Below, piece by piece: positions 1-12,096 of a stretch of 64,000 nucleotides of DNA (the stretch's first letter is position 1; every line of letters starts with the position of its first letter). Source of the DNA: an uncultured Pseudomonadota bacterium (GTDB taxonomy: Bacteria; Pseudomonadota; Alphaproteobacteria; Rs-D84). The stretch spans positions 28,028 to 92,027 of the forward strand of contig CADBLE010000008.1 in NCBI GenBank assembly GCA_902795435.1, in the 5' to 3' direction. Under the pieces are notes generated by a model. That model was given only the letters and a program-made list of their open reading frames with translations. It was not told the origin of the DNA and ran no database searches. A program made the translations under genes and the position numbers.

Positions 1-823
1 CCAAACGGGTAATAGAATCTAACAAGATAACAACATCTTGACCTGCTTCTACCAAACGTTTTGCTTTTTCAATAACCATTTCTGCAACCTGGATATGACG
101 TGTTGCAGGTTCATCAAATGTAGAAGAAATAACTTCGCCACGAACACTGCGTTGCATATCTGTAACTTCTTCTGGACGTTCGTCAATCAACAACACAATC
201 AATTTAACATCTGGATAATTTGTAGCAATTGAATGTGCGATATTCTGCAACATAATTGTTTTACCAGTTCTTGGTGGTGCAACGATTAAAGAACGTTGTC
301 CCTTTCCAGTTGGAGAAATTAAATCAATCACACGGGCAGACAAATTGCGTCCCTTGTCTGTGTCGTCTTCCACTTCCATTTTCAATTTTTCATCTGGATA
401 TAATGGTGTCATATCGTCAAAAGAAATACGATGACGTAATTTTTCAGGATTATCACCATTTACGCGTTCAATTGTTTCCAATGCAAAATAACGTTCGGAT
501 TCGTTTTGTGGTGCTTGAATTTGACCTTCTATGTAATCACCTGTCTTTAATCCATATTTTTTAATCAAAGCCGGCGAAACATACAAATCATCTGGGCCCG
601 CCAAATAATTACTTTCAGGTGCGCGCAAGAAACCGAAACCTTCCTGCATACGTTCCAAAACACCATCACCGATTAAAGTGATATCTTTATCAGATGCATA
701 AACACGCATAACCGCGAAACGCAACTGTTGTACATTTAATTGAGAAGGATTTTCAATCCCCATATCTTCAGCCATCTTCAACAATTGTTGTGGTGACTTT
801 GTTTTTAATTCATTTACATGCAT
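1..823 (-). CDS. rho: Transcription termination factor Rho (C-terminal part lies beyond window edge)
   Basis: Absent from ORF track because no stop lies in the window. Manual minus-strand translation from ATG at 821-823 gives [25 protein letters not shown]..., then Walker A APPRTGKT and [13 protein letters not shown], typical of Rho. Confidence 0.9.
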   Translation of the reverse strand, partial: MHVNELKTKSPQQLLKMAEDMGIENPSQLNVQQLRFAVMRVYASDKDITLIGDGVLERMQEGFGFLRAPESNYLAGPDDLYVSPALIKKYGLKTGDYIEGQIQAPQNESERYFALETIERVNGDNPEKLRHRISFDDMTPLYPDEKLKMEVEDDTDKGRNLSARVIDLISPTGKGQRSLIVAPPRTGKTIMLQNIAHSIATNYPDVKLIVLLIDERPEEVTDMQRSVRGEVISSTFDEPATRHIQVAEMVIEKAKRLVEAGQDVVILLDSITRL

Positions 824-912
824 GAAAAAACCTTTTTTGGAAATCTGAACCAAGGAACCCTGGCCCGTTATTTATAATGTTAGTAAATTTAAGAGAAAAA
901 GTCAAGAGGATA

Positions 913-941
913 GAAAAAAGGCCTGACAATCCAATCAGGCC
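913..941 (-). terminator. Rho-independent terminator after small ORF 960-1142
   Basis: Stem GGCCTGA (920-926) / TCAGGCC (935-941); A-run 914-919 gives a T-tract on the minus strand. Confidence 0.6.
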
Positions 942-959
942 ATTGAAACCAGATTATTA

Positions 960-1142
960 TTAAGCAGCAGTTTTAACGTTTTGTGTATTTAACATATTTA
1001 CATCAACGCCCAAAGATGCGAATTTACCCGAAATATCAACTCTTTTCTGGGCATTTTTGAAAGCTTCTGTTTTTGTAGCAGATTTTACACCTTCTTTTAC
1101 ATCTTCTGTCGCTTTCTTAAAAGTATTCTTGTTGTTACCCAT
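960..1142 (-). CDS. Small Lys/Ala-rich hypothetical protein (60 aa)
   Basis: ORF track; own terminator downstream; no family recognised. Confidence 0.45.
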   Translation of the reverse strand: MGNNKNTFKKATEDVKEGVKSATKTEAFKNAQKRVDISGKFASLGVDVNMLNTQNVKTAA

Positions 1143-1220
1143 ACTATCACCTTTTCAATTTTTCTATCTATTTTTGACAAATAATACACTAATAAATATT
1201 TTTGTCAAGTATTTTGTCGA

Positions 1221-2612
1221 TTATTTTTCACAATCTTCGCATTCATCAACTTCGGTATATTTTTCAACCAAAATTGGTGTTGGCTTTGGTTCTTCTTCGA
1301 AAGAAGTTTCTTTGACAACACGAACACGACGATTTTCAGCATTTGGTGTGTTGTTTGGTGTTTTGACCTTCAAATCTTCTTCACCAGCAGACACAGCAAT
1401 TATCTGAGAAGATGGGATTCCCGCTTCTATCAACATCTTTTGTACAGCTTCTGCACGACGACCACCCAATGCATAATTGTAAGAATTAGAACCCGCTGTA
1501 TCAGTATGGCCAACCACAGAAACCTTTACATTTTTGTTTGCCTGGGTTGTTTCGGCCAATTTTCTGATAATTTCATCATATTCAGGTTTGATGATGGCTT
1601 TATCAAAATCAAATCTTATTTCAAAGATTTCTTCCATTACACGTTGTTGTGGTTCTAATGGAATCTGTTGAACTTTGATAATTGTTTTTTCTTCGCTTGG
1701 TGCTGGTTGGTTATCCAAAGCATCAAGACGTTTGTTGATTTTTGCCAATTCATCACGCATTTCCAACATCATATTGATAAATTCATCTCTTTTAACATAT
1801 TCTTCACCAACTGTTGGAATATCTGATTCTTCGGTATTTTCTTCACCACCATAAATTGTTTGATTAATAATCATAGGTGCCTGTTGTGGGACAGGTTCTC
1901 TCTTGATTAAATTTTCAGGTATATTTACATTATTAACAATTACTACACCTTCACGTGTTCTGGTTGAACCAGACATAGCGTTCAAACGATATGTTTCTGG
2001 ATAATATTTTTCAGTAACTTCTGTTGGTTTGATTGTCTGAGATTTCACATGTGTCGGTGCAACAACCCTGCCTTCTGCACAATCTTGTAACGCCTGAAGA
2101 GATGCTTTGAATCTTTGTTTGCATTCATTGGCAGTTGCATTTTGGTTTGATGCAGCAGCACTTATCCAACAATCAAATTTAGCCTGGGATTCAGCGGCCA
2201 ATTTTGGTTGTTCATCAGCAGCATCACTTTGTAATTGTGTCATCAAATTGTTATAAGCATTAAAGATTTCAAATCTTTCACTTTCTGAATCTATTTCCCA
2301 ATTATCTAAACTTTCAGGAAAAGGTCTTTCACCAGAAAATGCACCAACCGCTTTTTGTGCGAACAATTCTGCAATATCTGGATAATTGCTTGTTCTGGCA
2401 TTAAATATAGCATAAGAGCGATAATTCATAGCCAATTGATTCAAGAAAGAATCATGATGTGGCGCATCATTCACATTTAAACGTTCAACATAATCAACCG
2501 TTGGAGTATCGTATTCTTCCATGTATTCGTCGTTATTACGCATACCCGCGCAACCCGCAATCATAGTGCAAACACATAATGCCAACACAGATACATAACG
2601 TTTATTTTTCAT
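1221..2612 (-). CDS. OmpA-family peptidoglycan-associated lipoprotein
   Basis: Start trimmed to MKNKRYVSVLALCVCTMIAGC (lipobox-like). C-terminal OmpA domain VVGHTDTAGSNSYNYALGGRRAEAV...NRRVRVV. Confidence 0.8.
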   Translation of the reverse strand: MKNKRYVSVLALCVCTMIAGCAGMRNNDEYMEEYDTPTVDYVERLNVNDAPHHDSFLNQLAMNYRSYAIFNARTSNYPDIAELFAQKAVGAFSGERPFPESLDNWEIDSESERFEIFNAYNNLMTQLQSDAADEQPKLAAESQAKFDCWISAAASNQNATANECKQRFKASLQALQDCAEGRVVAPTHVKSQTIKPTEVTEKYYPETYRLNAMSGSTRTREGVVIVNNVNIPENLIKREPVPQQAPMIINQTIYGGEENTEESDIPTVGEEYVKRDEFINMMLEMRDELAKINKRLDALDNQPAPSEEKTIIKVQQIPLEPQQRVMEEIFEIRFDFDKAIIKPEYDEIIRKLAETTQANKNVKVSVVGHTDTAGSNSYNYALGGRRAEAVQKMLIEAGIPSSQIIAVSAGEEDLKVKTPNNTPNAENRRVRVVKETSFEEEPKPTPILVEKYTEVDECEDCEK

Positions 2613-2708
2613 AATAAATCCCTTTCCTTGTTTTAATATCAAGATAATTATATCTATTTTTGCAAATTGAGTAAAGTAAAAAAGAATACAAAAAATGTTT
2701 TTTTACAA

Positions 2709-3530
2709 TTATTTATCTAAAAATTGTCCCAAAGATGGTAATACGGCCCCACCAATAGATTGCAAATTACCACTGCCACCCATAGCAGAGACCGCTTCTA
2801 TAACAGACCCAGTTCCCGCAGCACCAGTTGTTTGACCAACCGTACCCAATGTCTGTGTTAAAAATCCACCCCACAATTGACGTTTTGCCGCAGTAATTTT
2901 TGCAGGTGCACAACGTTCAGATTTTTCAATCAATTTTGTAACTTTATTTGCTTCTTTGATTGTTAAATCTTCTTCAGCAAAAGGAATCTTGGTAAATACA
3001 TCATACAAATTAGAAAATGTTTTACATTTTTTAGCATTATCTGCTTCACAGATTTTTGCAGAACTCGCCTTTGGATACCCTTCCCAAATCATGTCTTTGT
3101 CAGATTCACTTGAAAATGTAAGATAACAAGATGTTTTACCATCAGATACAAATTCCATATAATCTTTATATGCAGAATCAGCAGAATTATCACCTTCTTC
3201 TGATAATTTACATGGGTCCCCCAAACCAGAAACCGCGTCACTTGCGGAAGATTCCCCTATTTTTGCCCATTCTTTGACCAAATTATTCACGGTATTTAAT
3301 TCATCAGATGTAGGAACACAATCTGCTTCTAATTGTTGCTGTTGTGCACTTAACGCTTTAACAGAACCAACCAAACCGATAACACTTGGCAACAAACTGG
3401 TTGCAGATTCCATTTTGTCTGCTTTCTTTGCAGTCACAGACGCGGCTTTTTTAACCGTAACAGCACCCTGCGACATCACAGGAACCGCAGTCATAAACGC
3501 AATAACAAAAATGGATAATATTTTTTTCAT
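2709..3530 (-). CDS. Secreted hypothetical protein, Cys-containing with Gly-rich C-terminus
   Basis: Signal peptide MKKILSIFVIAFMTAVPVMSQGA; C-terminus TGAAGTGSVIEAVSAMGGSGNLQSIGGAV; no family recognised. Confidence 0.5.
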   Translation of the reverse strand: MKKILSIFVIAFMTAVPVMSQGAVTVKKAASVTAKKADKMESATSLLPSVIGLVGSVKALSAQQQQLEADCVPTSDELNTVNNLVKEWAKIGESSASDAVSGLGDPCKLSEEGDNSADSAYKDYMEFVSDGKTSCYLTFSSESDKDMIWEGYPKASSAKICEADNAKKCKTFSNLYDVFTKIPFAEEDLTIKEANKVTKLIEKSERCAPAKITAAKRQLWGGFLTQTLGTVGQTTGAAGTGSVIEAVSAMGGSGNLQSIGGAVLPSLGQFLDK

Positions 3531-3619
3531 TCTCTCTTTCAGGTGTATTATATCACATTTTTTTAATTAGATAAATATAAAAATTGCTTTTTTGTTTTCA
3601 AAATATTAAACTGTTAAGT

Positions 3620-4099
3620 ATGGTTCAAGATCGCAGAAATTTTATTATCATATCAAAACACAGACGCCTGACCCGTCTTTGGCAATTTTTCTTTACGGGC
3701 TGGGGTTTGATAATGGTTGCTGTGTTGGTGGCCGCGTCTTTGTTTACAAAACAAATTTTATGGACACCTATAACCGCTGTAAATATGAAAGATGTTGTTT
3801 CTAATCAATTCAAAATGACCAATGCATCATTTGCCGGCATGGACAAAGATAATAATCCTTATAAAATTCATGCAAATACTGGTTATAAAAAATATGATAA
3901 ACCAAATATTGTATTTCTTGAAAAACCATCTGGCAAAATAACTCGCACTACAAAAGATGGCAAAGTAACAGATAATATCACCGCATCTCGTGGTCAATTT
4001 AATCACAAAACCAAGGTTTTAACATTGACTGGTAATGTTCGTGTAAATTCCAGCAATGGCGACAAATTTTTAACAGAAGAAATGGTGTTACAATTATGA
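3620..4099 (+). CDS. LptC-like LPS export protein
   Basis: N-terminal TM helix then beta-rich domain; start/stop overlap (ATGA) with lptB; start trimmed to MVQDRRNF. Confidence 0.55.
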   Translation: MVQDRRNFIIISKHRRLTRLWQFFFTGWGLIMVAVLVAASLFTKQILWTPITAVNMKDVVSNQFKMTNASFAGMDKDNNPYKIHANTGYKKYDKPNIVFLEKPSGKITRTTKDGKVTDNITASRGQFNHKTKVLTLTGNVRVNSSNGDKFLTEEMVLQL

Positions 4100-4824
4100 A
4101 AAAGTCTGTATTAAGGGTTGAACATTTATCAAAAAATTATGGCAAACGCATTGTTTTGCGTGATATTTCTTTGATTGCTAACCAGGGTGAATCTGTTGGT
4201 TTATTGGGACCAAACGGTGCTGGTAAAACAACCGCATTTTATTGTATTACCGGACAATTATCTGCAACCAGTGGCCAAATATTCTTGAATTCACAAGATA
4301 TTACACACCTGCCTTTCTATCAACGTTCAAGATTACATATTGGTTATTTACCACAAGAAAACAGCGTGTTCCGTGGTTTATCCGTAGAAGATAATATTAT
4401 GTCTGTATTAGAGGTTGTTGAACCGAATCGTAAAAAACGCGAAGAAAAATTGAACGCTTTACTTGATGAATTTTCTATAACTTTTTTAAGAAAGAGTCCG
4501 GCTACTGCATTATCTGGTGGTGAACGTCGTCGTGTTGAAATTGCACGTGCATTGGCAAATGACCCTAAATTTATTTTGTTAGACGAACCTTTTGCAGGTA
4601 TCGATCCAATCGCAGTAAATGAAATTCGTGAATTGGTATCCCAATTAAAGAACCGTGGCTTGGGTGTTATTATCACAGACCATAACGTTCGTGAAACATT
4701 GGGTATCACAGACAGAAGTTATGTTTTACATGACGGTAAAATCTTGAAACACGGAACTTCTGATGAAATCGTCCAAGACGAAATGGTTAAAAAGGTCTAT
4801 TTGGGCGAAAATTTCACCATGTAA
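4096..4824 (+). CDS. lptB: LPS export ABC transporter ATP-binding protein LptB
   Basis: Walker A GPNGAGKTT, signature LSGGERRRVEIARAL, Walker B ILLDEPFAGIDP; LptB-typical length. Confidence 0.9.
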   Translation: MKKSVLRVEHLSKNYGKRIVLRDISLIANQGESVGLLGPNGAGKTTAFYCITGQLSATSGQIFLNSQDITHLPFYQRSRLHIGYLPQENSVFRGLSVEDNIMSVLEVVEPNRKKREEKLNALLDEFSITFLRKSPATALSGGERRRVEIARALANDPKFILLDEPFAGIDPIAVNEIRELVSQLKNRGLGVIITDHNVRETLGITDRSYVLHDGKILKHGTSDEIVQDEMVKKVYLGENFTM

Positions 4825-4841
4825 AAAATCACAAATTTTAA

Positions 4842-6134
<1,293 letters not shown>

Positions 6135-6225
6135 GCAAAAAACATATACGTTCAATCAAATAAATTTTGATTGAACGTATAAAAAACAGTGTTATAATCA
6201 CAAAAAATTTAGACAGGTTTAATAA

Positions 6226-6432
6226 ATGTTATTCGGTATAAATGTTTTGTTGATTATAAAATATATCGTTGCGGTTGGTGTTTTGACCTGTATTTTTTTG
6301 TTTCCTTCATATCTGGCCGCTGTAACTTCTAAATCTAAATATGATAATATGCGTGTCCGCGTCGGCTCTTGGCTGTTTGGTTGTCTGTTTGTTGGTTGGA
6401 TATTTGCTCTGTTTGTATCTGCAAAGAAATAA
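6226..6432 (+). CDS. Small two-TM membrane protein (possibly superinfection-immunity-like family)
   Basis: 68 aa and hydrophobic; the motif ...WLFGCLFVGWIFALFVS resembles the Imm_superinfect pattern, recalled from memory only. Confidence 0.35.
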   Translation: MLFGINVLLIIKYIVAVGVLTCIFLFPSYLAAVTSKSKYDNMRVRVGSWLFGCLFVGWIFALFVSAKK

Positions 6433-6434
6433 AT

Positions 6435-7760
6435 TTATTTTTTCACTTCTTCTTTGTCATCTAATCTGACAACTTTATTAGGATTATTTTTCAACAATTC
6501 AATTTTAGAATCCAATTTCTTTTTGTATTCCATAAACAGAGGTTTATTTTTAGCGTCCAAATTTTCTATTGCCGGCAATTTCACAGTCAAAGGATTCACA
6601 TGGACACCATTTTTTATAACTTCATAATGTAAATGTGGGCCGGTTGATAAACCTGTGGAACCCGCATATCCGATAATTTGTCCCTGGCGAACAACGGTTC
6701 CAACATTGACACCTTTTGCAAATTTAGACATGTGAGCATACAAAGTTTCAAATGTTCCATTATGTCTAATTTTTACAAAATTACCATGACCACGGTTGAA
6801 ACTGCGTGCAATAACACGACCAGAACCAGCCGCAGGAATTGGTGTTCCGGTTGGTGCGCGGAAATCTACACCTTTGTGTGCACGTGTAAAGCCCAAGACT
6901 GGATGTTTACGTCTGCCAGCAAATTTAGAGGTAATTTTTGCATTATTTATAGGTGTTCTTTTTAATGATTTAATTGCACCATTACCGTTTTCATCATAAT
7001 AACCCGCATGTCCGTCTGGTTTAACATAGCGATACATTTGGACATTACCACGCAACGCATCAAAAGAAACAGCCAATATATGTCCATTATCTACTTTCTT
7101 TTCAGATGCAAAATTTTCTTCATATAAAACATAGAATTTTTGTCCCGCCCTGATGTCACGTTCAAAGTCCATTTCAAACGCCAACAAATCATAAACATCT
7201 ATCAAAATACCTTCTGGAATACCGGCTTCAAGACCTGCTAAATAAAAACTGCTACCATCTTTGATTTCGCCTTCTTTGTAAGTAATTCTGGTATCACGTT
7301 CAATTTCAACTTTTTGACATTGCCATGTGTTTGGTGTTCCACAATCTATTTCAATTCTGGTCCATGGGCCATTTACAATAACAATCTTGGACACAGGTGC
7401 TTTTTCATTTGGACGAATAAAATCAACCTTGTCTTTATCTGCACGCAATGTTGTAAAATCGGCCTCTGTCTTTAATGTTTTTGATATTGTGTCTATATCA
7501 CGCATGGCAAAGCCCTGTTCACCCAAAATTTTAGACAATGTGTCGCCCCTTTTAACCTCTACTACCGTGTGGGTTTCAGGATTACATATAACCTCTTTCA
7601 ATGGGGTTTTATAAAACAAAACTATCCCAATTGCGACAACCATCATGACCGCCGCCACAATCAAAACAACACGTGATAAAACATTTACATTTCTTAAATT
7701 TTGACAAGATTTTACCAATCCGGCATTCATCTTTTTTATAATATTTTTTGCTTTTCTCAT
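6435..7760 (-). CDS. M23 family metallopeptidase (active-site intact)
   Basis: HKGVDF (HxxxD) and GPHLHYEV (HxH) motifs; N-terminal TM anchor; start trimmed to MRKAKNII. Confidence 0.85.
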   Translation of the reverse strand: MRKAKNIIKKMNAGLVKSCQNLRNVNVLSRVVLIVAAVMMVVAIGIVLFYKTPLKEVICNPETHTVVEVKRGDTLSKILGEQGFAMRDIDTISKTLKTEADFTTLRADKDKVDFIRPNEKAPVSKIVIVNGPWTRIEIDCGTPNTWQCQKVEIERDTRITYKEGEIKDGSSFYLAGLEAGIPEGILIDVYDLLAFEMDFERDIRAGQKFYVLYEENFASEKKVDNGHILAVSFDALRGNVQMYRYVKPDGHAGYYDENGNGAIKSLKRTPINNAKITSKFAGRRKHPVLGFTRAHKGVDFRAPTGTPIPAAGSGRVIARSFNRGHGNFVKIRHNGTFETLYAHMSKFAKGVNVGTVVRQGQIIGYAGSTGLSTGPHLHYEVIKNGVHVNPLTVKLPAIENLDAKNKPLFMEYKKKLDSKIELLKNNPNKVVRLDDKEEVKK

Positions 7761-7781
7761 AAAGCGTATTATAATAAAAAT

Positions 7782-8549
7782 ATGAACATAAATCAAGCAT
7801 TCTCAATTTTACAATCTTGTGGTGGAAATCGTGCCGCGCGCATAATAACAGACAGATATAAAAAGATGTCTTTTTTGCGTGTGAAATATTATGCACATTT
7901 ATTAAAGAAAGGAATGCCTGTTGCAAAAATAATTCATTCTAAATGGTTCTATGGTTTGGAATTTTATACAAACAAACACACACTGGACCCACGCCCAGAC
8001 ACCGAAACATTGGTAGAAGCCGTCATAAAAGATTGCGCCACAAACGAACCACGTAAAATATTAGACATGGGAACTGGAACCGGATGTATAATTTGTGCGT
8101 TATGTAAAAATATTCCTGAATCAACGGGGGTTGGGTTTGACAAATCAAAATCTGCATTGCGTGTTGCAAAAAGAAATGTAAAAAATCTTGGGCTGAAAAA
8201 CCAAATCAAATTGTTTCGTGGTGATTTTGCACATTTTGAATCAGAACACATGTTTGACATAATCGTTTCCAACCCGCCATACATAAAATATGGTGATTTG
8301 CGTGTAAATGATGCGGCTAAATTTGACCCTAAAATTGCATTATATGCAAATAATAACGGATTGTCGGCATACGAACAGATTGCAAAAAACGCCCCAAATT
8401 TATTAAAACCAAATGGACGAATTTATCTTGAAATTGGCGCAGGCCAGGCAAATTCTGTTATCAAAATATTTACATTTTTCGGTTGGAAATTTGACCGTAT
8501 TGAAAAAGATTTATCTGGAATAAATCGCGTTGTTATATTCAACCGTTAA
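7782..8549 (+). CDS. prmC: Release-factor glutamine methyltransferase PrmC/HemK
   Basis: ILDMGTGTGCI SAM motif and IVSNPPY catalytic motif; start trimmed to MNINQAF. Confidence 0.8.
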   Translation: MNINQAFSILQSCGGNRAARIITDRYKKMSFLRVKYYAHLLKKGMPVAKIIHSKWFYGLEFYTNKHTLDPRPDTETLVEAVIKDCATNEPRKILDMGTGTGCIICALCKNIPESTGVGFDKSKSALRVAKRNVKNLGLKNQIKLFRGDFAHFESEHMFDIIVSNPPYIKYGDLRVNDAAKFDPKIALYANNNGLSAYEQIAKNAPNLLKPNGRIYLEIGAGQANSVIKIFTFFGWKFDRIEKDLSGINRVVIFNR

Positions 8550-9183
8550 AAAATGGATTGTGTTGTTTTAACCAACCTATCGTTGTGTCGTGGTCATGCC
8601 CGTGAACAACATATGTTTCATCATCAAGATTTTTGTTATAAACATCTTTGATAGATTGCATCAATGCGTTTTTATTCCCACCCGGAAAATCAAAACGACC
8701 AAAAGATGTTGCGAACAAAGTGTCGCCTGTGATTAAAATTTTATATTCTGGAAAATAGAACATCAAACCACCAGGTGTATGACCCGGGCTGTCCCAAATT
8801 TCCATATTTATATTTGGTAAAATTTCTTTCACCCCAGCGCACAAATTTACAGGTCTTTTATAATCATGATGAATATGTGGTATTGAAAACATATCTAATA
8901 ATTCATTACCCCACCCGATTAAAAAATTATCTTTTTCAGACAAAAACCAATCTATATTAAAAGCCCTTGCCAATGCTGGTGCAGCAGAAATATGATCGGG
9001 ATGTCCATGTGTAGAATATATCGCGCGCAATGTCAATCCACGTTCCAACAAAACTTTGTCCCAATCTGCAGGTTTTCCCCACGCGTCAATAATGACCGCA
9101 TCACGCCCAACGGATACCAACACAGAATTTGTGTTGGTTGGTGGCATGTGTAAAACCTCAAATTTTACATTATTTTCTGGCAT
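8539..9183 (-). CDS. MBL-fold metallo-hydrolase
   Basis: STHGHPDH (HxHxDH) motif and a downstream conserved His. Confidence 0.8.
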   Translation of the reverse strand: MPENNVKFEVLHMPPTNTNSVLVSVGRDAVIIDAWGKPADWDKVLLERGLTLRAIYSTHGHPDHISAAPALARAFNIDWFLSEKDNFLIGWGNELLDMFSIPHIHHDYKRPVNLCAGVKEILPNINMEIWDSPGHTPGGLMFYFPEYKILITGDTLFATSFGRFDFPGGNKNALMQSIKDVYNKNLDDETYVVHGHDHDTTIGWLKQHNPFFNG

Positions 9184-11095
9184 TTGATTTTTTTGTTGTT
9201 TTGACTGTCTTAACTGTTTTTACAACTTTTGCTGTTTTTTTGACGGTCTTTTTACCAAAAACAATTTCTTTTATTTCATCAACAGTCAAAGTTTCTTTTT
9301 CAAGCAATGCTTTTGCTAATTTATCAACAGTCGCCTTGTTTTTAGCAATTAAATTTTTAGCATCATTGTGTGCATTGTCCATCCAATGTTTGATTTCAGC
9401 ATCAACCATTTCTGCTGTCTTTTCAGACGCATTTTGTAATGCGATTCTTTGACCGAAACTGTCCGCTTGTTTAATTGCAATCAACCCAATTTTATCGGAC
9501 AACCCAGCGGTTGTGATTGCATATCTGGCCAATCTGGTCGCCATTTCAATATCATTTTCAGCCCCAGTTGTAATTTTATTTGCACCAAAGAAAACTTCTT
9601 CACTGGCACGACCCGCCAATGATGTTGATAAATTCGCACGAACTTCTTCAATACTCATAGAAACTTTGTTATCTATTGGCAAATATTGAACCATCCCCAG
9701 CGCACGACCACGTGGTATAATTGTGGCCTTGTGTATTTGGTCGATAATGTCGCCATAATGCAAACCTACGAATGCATGACCCGCTTCGTGATAGGCGGTC
9801 AATTTGATATCTTCTGGACGCATTTTGCGGTTCTTGACCGGGCCCATCAAGATTTTATCTCTGGCTTCGTCTAAATCATCTTGTTCAACAACAGTATGTT
9901 TTACACGAACCGCATGCAAAGCCGCTTCGTTCAACAGGTTTTCCAAATCTGCGCCTGAAAAACCAGTTGTTCCACGTGCAACATCTAACATATCTATATT
10001 TTCAGCAATCTTGAATTTCTTAGCATGCAAATTCAGAATATCACGACGACCTTCTAAATTAGGCAATTCAATATGAATCTGTCTGTCAAAACGACCCGGT
10101 CTTAACAATGCAGCATCTAACATATCTGGTCTGTTTGTTGCAGCGATAACGATAATACCTGTTTCATTTGCAAAACCGTCCATTTCAATCAACAATTGGT
10201 TTAATGTCTGTTCGCGGTCATTATCATTATGTGAAAATTTACTGCGACTTTGACCGATAGCATCAATTTCATCTATGAACAAAATGCAAGGGGCGTTTCT
10301 TTTTGCCAATTCAAAAATTTCTTTAATCTTGGCAACACCCAAACCAACAATGATACCTGAAAAATCACTGCCTGATGTTGCAAAGAACGGAACATTTGCT
10401 TCGCCGGCGACGGCACGTGCAAGTAAAGTTTTACCAGTCCCCGGTTCACCGGCCAACAAAATACCACGTGGCACACGGGCACCCAATGCCTTGAATTTAT
10501 CTTTGTTTTTCAGGAAATCTACTACTTCCATCAATTCTTGTTTTTCAGCATCTATTCCGGCAACGTCTTTGAATGTAGTTTTTGTTTTACCGGTTGTAAT
10601 TTTAGTTGGGTTTTGACCAATTAAACTGCGTGTGATACCGCCCTTTGGCCCCATACCACCGCCACGTAACATACGCAACAACCAGAAAATAAATAATCCT
10701 GTAAAGAATATAGTCATCCATCTGTATGCAGATTCCAACATAGAATCTCTGTTTTCTATTGAAACAACAGTTCCATTTTTAGAAATCTTTTCCAACATTT
10801 CTGGATTATATGTAATAACGGCTTTGTATTCTGTACCGTCTTTCAATGTTCCAGTTGCAGTATTGTCTTTTTTGATTTCCATTGTTTTGATTTCATTACT
10901 TCTGCGCATAACATCAGAAAAGGTCATTTCTATTGGACGATTTTTGCCGACTATTTTTTCAGCAACAGAATTTGTTTGCAAATCACCCCTGACGAATAAC
11001 ACACGTACAACCAGCAAAACAAACAATATGATAAATGTGATTAAATAAAATTTAGAATTATCTTTCTTCTTAAAAATATTATTTTCTTTTTTCAT
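9170..11095 (-). CDS. ftsH: ATP-dependent zinc metalloprotease FtsH
   Basis: Walker A GEPGTGKTLLA, Walker B ILFIDEIDA, SRH region, HEAGHA zinc site; Lys/Thr/Val-rich C-terminal tail. Confidence 0.95.
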   Translation of the reverse strand: MKKENNIFKKKDNSKFYLITFIILFVLLVVRVLFVRGDLQTNSVAEKIVGKNRPIEMTFSDVMRRSNEIKTMEIKKDNTATGTLKDGTEYKAVITYNPEMLEKISKNGTVVSIENRDSMLESAYRWMTIFFTGLFIFWLLRMLRGGGMGPKGGITRSLIGQNPTKITTGKTKTTFKDVAGIDAEKQELMEVVDFLKNKDKFKALGARVPRGILLAGEPGTGKTLLARAVAGEANVPFFATSGSDFSGIIVGLGVAKIKEIFELAKRNAPCILFIDEIDAIGQSRSKFSHNDNDREQTLNQLLIEMDGFANETGIIVIAATNRPDMLDAALLRPGRFDRQIHIELPNLEGRRDILNLHAKKFKIAENIDMLDVARGTTGFSGADLENLLNEAALHAVRVKHTVVEQDDLDEARDKILMGPVKNRKMRPEDIKLTAYHEAGHAFVGLHYGDIIDQIHKATIIPRGRALGMVQYLPIDNKVSMSIEEVRANLSTSLAGRASEEVFFGANKITTGAENDIEMATRLARYAITTAGLSDKIGLIAIKQADSFGQRIALQNASEKTAEMVDAEIKHWMDNAHNDAKNLIAKNKATVDKLAKALLEKETLTVDEIKEIVFGKKTVKKTAKVVKTVKTVKTTKKSNARK

Positions 11096-12047
11096 GTCTT
11101 TTCCTAAAACTTGTTCTTTTTCCTTCTGGAACGATTAAGATTCTGTCGTTTAATCTTCGCAATGTGCAATGTCCCAATGTAAATTTGCAATCGCTATGCA
11201 ATTTAGATAATGCATTTTGCAAAGAATTCAAGCGTGGAATATAATCACCCCCCCCAATTTTCTGAATCAACAGACCCAGCAATTTTAATCTAATTTCTTC
11301 TGCTTCGTCAAATAAAAAAGAATCTAGGAACAGAGCGCCCCATGAACGAATAACCATTTCAATTCTGGCATCTAAATATTTTTCCATCCATTGACGTGTT
11401 CGCCCCAGATTTTGCACAGCCAACAAAATACGGGCATCACTGATATCTAATTTTTCATTTAATAAATGACGGTTCTGGCGAATTTTCACCCGGGTGTAAT
11501 GTTCGTCAGTATTCATAGAATCAACAAAATATTTAATATTGTTGTCTTCACAATACTTTTTAATTTCACTGCGTGGAACATTTAACAAAGGTCTTAAAAT
11601 TTTAATACCATCACGTTCAGATTCCGCCATCATACCCGCCAAACCAAACAAACCACTACCACGTGATAAATTCATCAAAAATGTTTCAATTTGGTCATCA
11701 CTTTGATGTGCAGTCAATAAATATTCAATATTATTTTCATGGCAAAAATCAGTCATCATTTTATAACGTGCCTGACGCGCGGCTGCTTCCAACCCATTTT
11801 CAGGTTTTTCATCATTCCAATAAAAAATATGCACTGGAATATTTAATTTTTCACAAACACTTTTTACATATTCTGTTTCAATGTCTGCCTCTGGTCGCAA
11901 ACGGTGATTTACATGCAGACAAACGACATCCATTTTAACATTATGTAACCAATATAATAAACACATAGAATCAACGCCACCACTGACCCCAACAGCGACT
12001 TTTGATTGTTTATATTTAGCAATAAAATCCAAAAAATTTTGATTCAT
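11079..12047 (-). CDS. tilS: tRNA(Ile)-lysidine synthase TilS
   Basis: PP-loop VGVSGGVDS; length fits; overlaps ftsH start. Confidence 0.85.
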   Translation of the reverse strand: MNQNFLDFIAKYKQSKVAVGVSGGVDSMCLLYWLHNVKMDVVCLHVNHRLRPEADIETEYVKSVCEKLNIPVHIFYWNDEKPENGLEAAARQARYKMMTDFCHENNIEYLLTAHQSDDQIETFLMNLSRGSGLFGLAGMMAESERDGIKILRPLLNVPRSEIKKYCEDNNIKYFVDSMNTDEHYTRVKIRQNRHLLNEKLDISDARILLAVQNLGRTRQWMEKYLDARIEMVIRSWGALFLDSFLFDEAEEIRLKLLGLLIQKIGGGDYIPRLNSLQNALSKLHSDCKFTLGHCTLRRLNDRILIVPEGKRTSFRKRHEKRK

Positions 12048-12096
12048 AACAGACCTATTTTATGTTATAATTTCCAAAAATAAAGGAAAAAAGAAC

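Noticed and set aside
6146-6180. Perfect 15-bp inverted repeat after eno, considered as an eno terminator
   Set aside because: On the plus strand it is followed by an A-run, not a T-run, so it does not fit a canonical intrinsic terminator for eno. It may still be an RNA-stabilising hairpin, but this is left uncalled.
11248-11255. C8 homopolymer inside tilS as a phase-variation switch
   Set aside because: tilS is normally essential, and the tract encodes a Gly-Gly-Gly stretch. It is more likely tolerated sequence than a contingency locus.
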